Positions 55,757 through 60,596 of a stretch of 60,596 bases of DNA are shown here, piece after piece (the first letter of the stretch is position 1; each line of letters starts with the position of its first letter). The notes under the pieces are model-generated. The model was given only the letters and a program-made list of their open reading frames with translations, did not search any database and was not told the DNA's origin. The DNA comes from Candidatus Limnocylindrus sp. (lineage in GTDB: Bacteria > Chloroflexota > Limnocylindria > Limnocylindrales > Limnocylindraceae): NCBI GenBank assembly GCA_044236365.1, contig JBIIGQ010000001.1:1-60596 (forward strand). Direction: 5' to 3'. The position numbers and the translations under genes are program-made.

Positions 55757-56842
55757 GTGAGCCACATCTTCGTCTCGCCCCATCCCGACGACGCGGCACT
55801 CTCCTGTGGCGGCCTGATCGCCAACCTGCGCGAGCTCGGTCAGAACGTGATCATCCTCAGCGTCTACTCCGGTCACGGTGATCTGGATCGCCTCACCTCG
55901 TACCAGCGCCAGGCGCTCGGCTTTGGTGGCAAGGCGATCTGGCCCGCAACCCAAGCGTTCGACAGCGGCTCTATTGCCGCCGACAACGCAGTACCTGGTG
56001 AAACCGCCGACGCACTTGCCCCATGGCAGGCCGAGCCGGCACGACTGAAGCAGACGCAGCGCGAAGCCGACGAGAGCGCCAAAGAGTTCTGGCAGCGAGC
56101 CTCGTGGTATCGCCGCGCCGACATCAGCGCAACCTCGCTGCCGGGTGGACGCTCGCGCGACACCAGCAATGGACAGGGTGTGATTGATCCGGGCGCTGTC
56201 GCCGTTGCTGCTGCCGCAGGTGAGGCGATGGCGCAGCGACGCCAAGAGGACGAGCGCTACGCACTCTTCGCTGAAGCAGCTGTTGTCTTCCTTGATCTTC
56301 CCGACGCCGTCTTCCGCGGTTATGAGGGCGATGAACAGCTGCTCGGAAGTGTTCGCGAGAACGACGCAGCGCCGATTGATCTCCTCCGCAAAGAAATTGC
56401 GCGACTAGAGCCGCAGCGCGTCTACTTCCCGCTCGGCATCGGCTCACACGTCGACCACCAGCTCTGCCGACGCGTTGGTGCTGCGCTGCTTGGCGATGCG
56501 CAGGCGTGGACGATGCCTGGCATTGACTGGAGCGACAAGGTCGCCTTCTACGAAGACTTCCCGTACGCCTACTGGCAGCAGTTCGATCCTTCGGCTGGCT
56601 TACCAGCGAACTACACCGCCGGGCTCCCCGCTGGAATCCGACTTACGCCAGAGATCGCCGACATCACCGATGTGCTCGAGCAGAAGGTGCAGGGGATTGC
56701 ACAGTACGAGTCACAGGTGCCGCACCTCTTCGGCTCCGTCGAGAAGATGGCCGACGCCGTGCGCACGCAGGGCGCAACGGTTGCGCTACAGAGTGGTCGC
56801 GGTGGTGCGGTCGAGCGCTACTGGAGTGCTGTTCGCAGCTAG
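55757..56842 (+). CDS. PIG-L/LmbE-family deacetylase with a large internal insertion
   Basis: VSPHPDDAALSCGG near the N-terminus and GSHVDHQL later. About 100 extra residues lie between the conserved blocks. Confidence 0.8.
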   Translation: MSHIFVSPHPDDAALSCGGLIANLRELGQNVIILSVYSGHGDLDRLTSYQRQALGFGGKAIWPATQAFDSGSIAADNAVPGETADALAPWQAEPARLKQTQREADESAKEFWQRASWYRRADISATSLPGGRSRDTSNGQGVIDPGAVAVAAAAGEAMAQRRQEDERYALFAEAAVVFLDLPDAVFRGYEGDEQLLGSVRENDAAPIDLLRKEIARLEPQRVYFPLGIGSHVDHQLCRRVGAALLGDAQAWTMPGIDWSDKVAFYEDFPYAYWQQFDPSAGLPANYTAGLPAGIRLTPEIADITDVLEQKVQGIAQYESQVPHLFGSVEKMADAVRTQGATVALQSGRGGAVERYWSAVRS

Positions 56843-57120
56843 CGCGAACTCTTTCGCTTCAGCCCAGACACCCACTCAATCGCAACGGCCACCACGGCTC
56901 CCACCGCAAAGATGATGCCGCCTGTTGGCACAGAGATAATGAGAAGCCAGAGTACCGCACCGTAACCCAGTTCACTGAATGGATTACTCGATGGGTTAGC
57001 GGCGAAGTTCACCAAAACTACCGCGAGTGGAAAGAGGGCAACGACGCCCGAAACGATGCTTAACACGGTCCAATACCGTGAGGTGATGATTGGCGCCTGC
57101 GCCTTTGGCTTGGTACTCAT
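56839..57120 (-). CDS. hypothetical small membrane protein
   Basis: 93 aa with three hydrophobic helices. 4-nt overlap with the upstream GT4 gene. Confidence 0.5.
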   Translation of the reverse strand: MSTKPKAQAPIITSRYWTVLSIVSGVVALFPLAVVLVNFAANPSSNPFSELGYGAVLWLLIISVPTGGIIFAVGAVVAVAIEWVSGLKRKSSR

Positions 57121-58361
57121 TGCGACCCTCCGTTCACGCCAGCGCGATCTGGCACATCACTCGCTGGCCCACCGACGGTAAGCAGATAGATCGCCTCAAT
57201 GTCGCGCAACATATCGTCGACGCAGAACTTCGCGTGGACCAACTCATGTCCGGCGTTTGCAAGTCGTGAAGCAAGTGCGCGATCGCGGAAGAGCAGCGCA
57301 ATCGCCGACGCAAGCGCGGATGGATCTTGCGAGGGGACGAGGATGCCGTTCTCTCCAGAGCGAATCATTTCGGGGATGCCGCCGACGTTGCTGGCGATCA
57401 CCGGTCGATTAGCGGCGAGTGCCTCGACGATCGCCAGCCCTTGCGCCTCGCGATAGCTCGGCATGACCACCACATCTGCGGCGGCAAGGATCTGCGGCAC
57501 ATCTTCACGGCGCCCAAGGAAGTGCACGCTGTCGCAGCAGACCTCTGCCCGCAGGTGCGCGGCGGCGAGGCCCTCGAGGCGATCACGTTCTGAGCCTTCA
57601 CCGACCACAAGGAGGTGCGCTGATGTGTAGTGATGGTGCACTACCGGCCACGCCTCAATCAGCGTAGGGTGCCCTTTCTCAGGCTCAAGTCGCCCAACGA
57701 CCACGGCGAGTGGTGCATTGGCAGGAATACCGAACTCCGCACGAATTGCCTCGCCACCAGTCGCCTCATCGAAGCGTTCCAGGTCGACGCCGTTATAGAT
57801 GCGGCTGATCGCCGTAGTGTCGCGCCCCTCGGCGACCAGCTTCTCGACGATGGCGTCGCTCACCGCAATGAGGCGGTTGATCTTCGGGGTGATGCGCTCC
57901 AGCAGCTCACGGTCCGCAGGAGAGCGGAAGCGGCTCGAATGCACGGTAGAGACCATGTAGGGGCGATGCCCGGTGCGCTGCTCCACGATGTCGAGTGCGG
58001 CAACGCCCACCACCTCGGCGCGGTACATGTGAGCGTGCAGCACCTGGGCGTTCAGGGCGATCAGTCGGTCGGCGAGCAGCTCCGCAGATCGCTCGTCGCT
58101 CGGCTCTTCGATCACCTCGGTGGCGTAGCCCATGCGTTGCAGGCGGGCCATGGTGCTGCCATGCGAGAGCGAGATGACATGCGCCTCATGTCGCGATGGG
58201 TCGAGTCGCAGCATCGTGCTCACCACGCTCTCTTGCGCCCCACCGTTGGTGCCCGTCGCAAGCAGCTGCACCACGCGCAGTCGGGTGCCGTCAGGGAGCG
58301 GCCCTGCTGGTGTACGCCCGCCACATCGTTCACCGAACTTCGGCTTAGTCATCTGTTGCAC
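57117..58361 (-). CDS. GT4-family glycosyltransferase
   Basis: GT-B fold signature in the C-terminal half: VGRLEPEKG, PSYREAQGLAIVEALA and GGIPEMI. Start is either GTG at 58361 or ATG at 58352. Confidence 0.85.
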   Translation of the reverse strand: MQQMTKPKFGERCGGRTPAGPLPDGTRLRVVQLLATGTNGGAQESVVSTMLRLDPSRHEAHVISLSHGSTMARLQRMGYATEVIEEPSDERSAELLADRLIALNAQVLHAHMYRAEVVGVAALDIVEQRTGHRPYMVSTVHSSRFRSPADRELLERITPKINRLIAVSDAIVEKLVAEGRDTTAISRIYNGVDLERFDEATGGEAIRAEFGIPANAPLAVVVGRLEPEKGHPTLIEAWPVVHHHYTSAHLLVVGEGSERDRLEGLAAAHLRAEVCCDSVHFLGRREDVPQILAAADVVVMPSYREAQGLAIVEALAANRPVIASNVGGIPEMIRSGENGILVPSQDPSALASAIALLFRDRALASRLANAGHELVHAKFCVDDMLRDIEAIYLLTVGGPASDVPDRAGVNGGSQ

Positions 58362-59372
58362 TCATGCTGCGGGCACCGTCACCATCAACACGTCGACATC
58401 TGTGGCGCCGACCTCGTACTTATAGCTCTCGTTGCCGCGCAAGAAGTCGAATGTTTGCTTTTGTTCGGCGATAGCCATTTGTAGTCCGTGGGCAAAAAGG
58501 AGAATTCCTGGGGAGAGCGAACGCGCAGCAAGTTCACCACCAGCATTCCAATATCGAATCCCCGTTGCATCGCGCAAGAAAAGCCCTGCAGCAAATGCGC
58601 CGAACTCAAGATTGCGCGCAACGATAATCGTGATCAGCCCTTCTGGTGCGCGGGCGAAGAGTTCGCGCATGAAGGTCTCATCGCGCACACCCTTCGCATC
58701 TTCGGTGAAGAGTCCGTGGTGGCCCCATCGCGCACGGTGCAGCTTGATGAACTCTGCAAGGTCGTCAACGGCGCGCGTCTTCGCACTAATCGTTACGCCG
58801 GCACCTTCGCCGCGTCGAACCTTGCGGCGAATCTCGTGGCGATCTTTCTTGTCGATGCGCTCGAGGTGTTCATCGAAGGTGGTGATGTTGGTGAGGTCAA
58901 TGGATGGTGCAGGTTCTTCAATGGTTGTTGTGGCAGTGCGTGCACTGTTCGCTGCGAGTGCGCTCATGAGCATCTCGTGTGCTTGGTCGGCACGACGCAA
59001 ACGCCGGAGATCGAGCGCTGACGTATCGGCATAGAGATGCGTGACAAGCGCATCAACAGCGCCGGCGCTCTCTGCACTGGTGAGATCGATCAACACCGTC
59101 GCGTAATCAATGTGATACGTGGCTCCCAAGTAGCGCACGCCATCAGGGCGAAGCATGAGCGGGAGATAGGCGCAGAGTGCGCCAGCCGCGTCGTAGACCG
59201 CAAGTGAAACATCGGTGGCCTCAGTGCCGTAGCCGATCCACCAGGCTTCGTGCACCGCGCGATGGCTGAATGCGCTTGCCGTTGGGTTGGTTGCGAGGAG
59301 TCGCTCCCACTCAGCTGCCGGCAGTTCGGCGAGCGGCAGGGTTCGTACGGTCCAGGCGGTGGTGGAGGTCAT
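58362..59372 (-). CDS. GNAT-fold acetyltransferase, CelD/BcsL (Acetyltransf_6)-like
   Basis: About 336 aa from the Met at 59372. C-terminal FDFLRGNESYKYEVGA motif. Confidence 0.7.
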   Translation of the reverse strand: MTSTTAWTVRTLPLAELPAAEWERLLATNPTASAFSHRAVHEAWWIGYGTEATDVSLAVYDAAGALCAYLPLMLRPDGVRYLGATYHIDYATVLIDLTSAESAGAVDALVTHLYADTSALDLRRLRRADQAHEMLMSALAANSARTATTTIEEPAPSIDLTNITTFDEHLERIDKKDRHEIRRKVRRGEGAGVTISAKTRAVDDLAEFIKLHRARWGHHGLFTEDAKGVRDETFMRELFARAPEGLITIIVARNLEFGAFAAGLFLRDATGIRYWNAGGELAARSLSPGILLFAHGLQMAIAEQKQTFDFLRGNESYKYEVGATDVDVLMVTVPAA

Positions 59373-59429
59373 GCGCCTATCGTACCGCCCGATACGCAGG
59401 GGGTACGCGTGACGCACGATCCTGCGGGG

Positions 59430-60134
59430 ATGCAGTTCACCGAGCGTGCCCGCGATGCACTTGCCGAGTTGCAGCGCGCCGCCGCGCCAGTCTTGGCGCT
59501 CCTCGCCCCGCAACGTTGTGGTGCCTGTGGCGTTGAAGGGGCACTCCTCTGCACCGAGTGTTGTGAAGAGCTTGGTCTTGCTGATAACGGTCGGGTGGAG
59601 CGCGGCACCCCGCCGCCTGGTTGTGTCGCAGGGGCATGGATCGGCCCGTATGAGGGCGGCCTCGGCGAGGCGGTGCGCACACTGAAGTTCCACGACCTTC
59701 CCGCTCTTGCTACGCCGCTTGGAGTCGGCTTACAGCGTGCGATCCGTGCCGTGCAACAAGATCTCGGTGGTGATGCAACCCTTGTGCCGATTCCCACCGA
59801 CCCAGCGCGCCTGCGCGATCGAGGCTTCGATCATGCGGCGCTCATGGCCACCGCAGCGGCGCGGGTGCTGTCATGCACGATTGCACCGCTCCTTGAGCGC
59901 ACCAGGGCAGTGCCGGCGCTGCATACGCTCGGTCGCGCTGAGCGGCGACGGGTGATGGATCGTGTCTTCGCGCTAAGGACGGGTGCCGCGTTGCCTCGCC
60001 GTGTGATTTTGGTCGACGACATCTGGACGAGCGGCGCCACCTTTGAGGCGGCGGCGGCAACGCTGCGCGCCGCTGGGTGCACGAGCATCGGCGTGGTCGC
60101 TGTGGCTCGCGAGGCGCTGGTGCACGATGCGTAG
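59430..60134 (+). CDS. comF: ComF-family phosphoribosyltransferase-domain protein
   Basis: N-terminal Cys pairs CGACG...CTEC and PRTase loop VILVDDIWTSGAT. The start is uncertain; the ORF track starts at 59250. Confidence 0.8.
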   Translation: MQFTERARDALAELQRAAAPVLALLAPQRCGACGVEGALLCTECCEELGLADNGRVERGTPPPGCVAGAWIGPYEGGLGEAVRTLKFHDLPALATPLGVGLQRAIRAVQQDLGGDATLVPIPTDPARLRDRGFDHAALMATAAARVLSCTIAPLLERTRAVPALHTLGRAERRRVMDRVFALRTGAALPRRVILVDDIWTSGATFEAAAATLRAAGCTSIGVVAVAREALVHDA

Positions 60135-60241
60135 GTTCGCGAGCGATCTCTGGCGCGGCGTGGCACTCTCTCCCCATGGCAGCCAAGCGTCCAAAACTGA
60201 GGAGCAGCGCACCGGCCGCGGCGGCTGGGCGGCTCGACCGC

Positions 60242-60596
60242 ATGCTTGGCGCCCACCTCGCCGCAGGGCCTGGGCTCGTCAAGGCGGCCGATCGCGCCGC
60301 AGCGGTTGGGGCGATGGGGCTCCAGATCTTTACCGGCAATCCAACAGGCTGGGCACGCCGTGCCGAACTCCCCAAGGAGCTCCCCGCCTTCCGCGCCCGT
60401 ATGAAGGAGCACGGCTTCGGCCCACTCGCCGTGCACGCCGCCTATTTGGCGAACCTCGCTGGGCCGAATCCGGTCTTCCGTGAGAAGACGGTGGAGCTGC
60501 TCCGTCACGAACTTCGCGTGGCGCCCGAGTACGGCGCATCGTTCGTCAACGTTCATATCGGCTCACACATGGGAACCGGCATTGAGGCTGGCATCG
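60242..60596 (+). CDS. nfo: deoxyribonuclease IV (endonuclease IV), 5' partial, runs off the window end
   Basis: Manual translation: MLGAHLAAGPGLVKAADRAAAVGAMGLQIFTGNP...AVHAAYLANLAGPN...FVNVHIGSH. An alternative in-frame ATG lies at 60176. Not in the ORF track because no stop falls inside the window. Confidence 0.8.
   Translation, partial: MLGAHLAAGPGLVKAADRAAAVGAMGLQIFTGNPTGWARRAELPKELPAFRARMKEHGFGPLAVHAAYLANLAGPNPVFREKTVELLRHELRVAPEYGASFVNVHIGSHMGTGIEAGI

Noticed and set aside
59831-60556. 241-aa minus-strand ORF across the comF 3' end and the nfo 5' end
   Set aside because: It is antisense to two genes with recognisable family motifs, and its translation is Arg/Ala/Pro-rich low complexity.

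Overview
High-GC bacterial chromosomal segment; gene content looks Actinobacteria- or Chloroflexi-like, but phylum cannot be fixed from sequence alone. It is densely coded, mostly on the minus strand, and I found no rRNA, tRNA, CRISPR array, transposase or integrase. From left to right: (1) Housekeeping and redox genes: an A-type Fe-S carrier, thiolase, a long-form isocitrate dehydrogenase and a P450. (2) A nucleoside/queuosine-salvage cluster at about 6.8-16.4 kb. It holds a complete ECF transporter operon with a structured 5' leader, a divergent Qng1/DUF2419 queuosine-salvage gene, an MFS transporter, a nucleoside hydrolase, two uridine-phosphorylase paralogs and ribokinase. (3) An rrf2-sufC-sufS-sufU operon with no sufB or sufD. 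(4) A tight seven-gene minus-strand operon led by lysine 2,3-aminomutase, containing three consecutive unknown proteins. (5) A trans-3-hydroxyproline dehydratase / pyrroline-2-carboxylate reductase pair. (6) ychF and msrAB, then secreted proteins: an M14 carboxypeptidase and two paralogous ELWxxDG-repeat proteins with an LPxTN-like C-terminal anchor. (7) An AT-richer island at about 37.4-45.5 kb. Its left end carries a tightly linked cassette of an ABC/DUF3696-type ATPase, a protein with a MIT_C/PLD-like C-terminal domain, and an Mrr-like nuclease. This cassette is my best candidate for an undescribed defence-type system. (8) A 1093-aa S8 protease containing an apparently perfect 552-bp tandem duplication. 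(9) Envelope genes: DedA, MMPL with an AttH-like lipoprotein, a PIG-L deacetylase, a GT4 glycosyltransferase and a CelD-like acetyltransferase, followed by comF and a partial nfo. All calls come from reading motifs in the translated ORFs; no database search was run. Many long ORFs opposite real genes are GC-driven shadows and were rejected.
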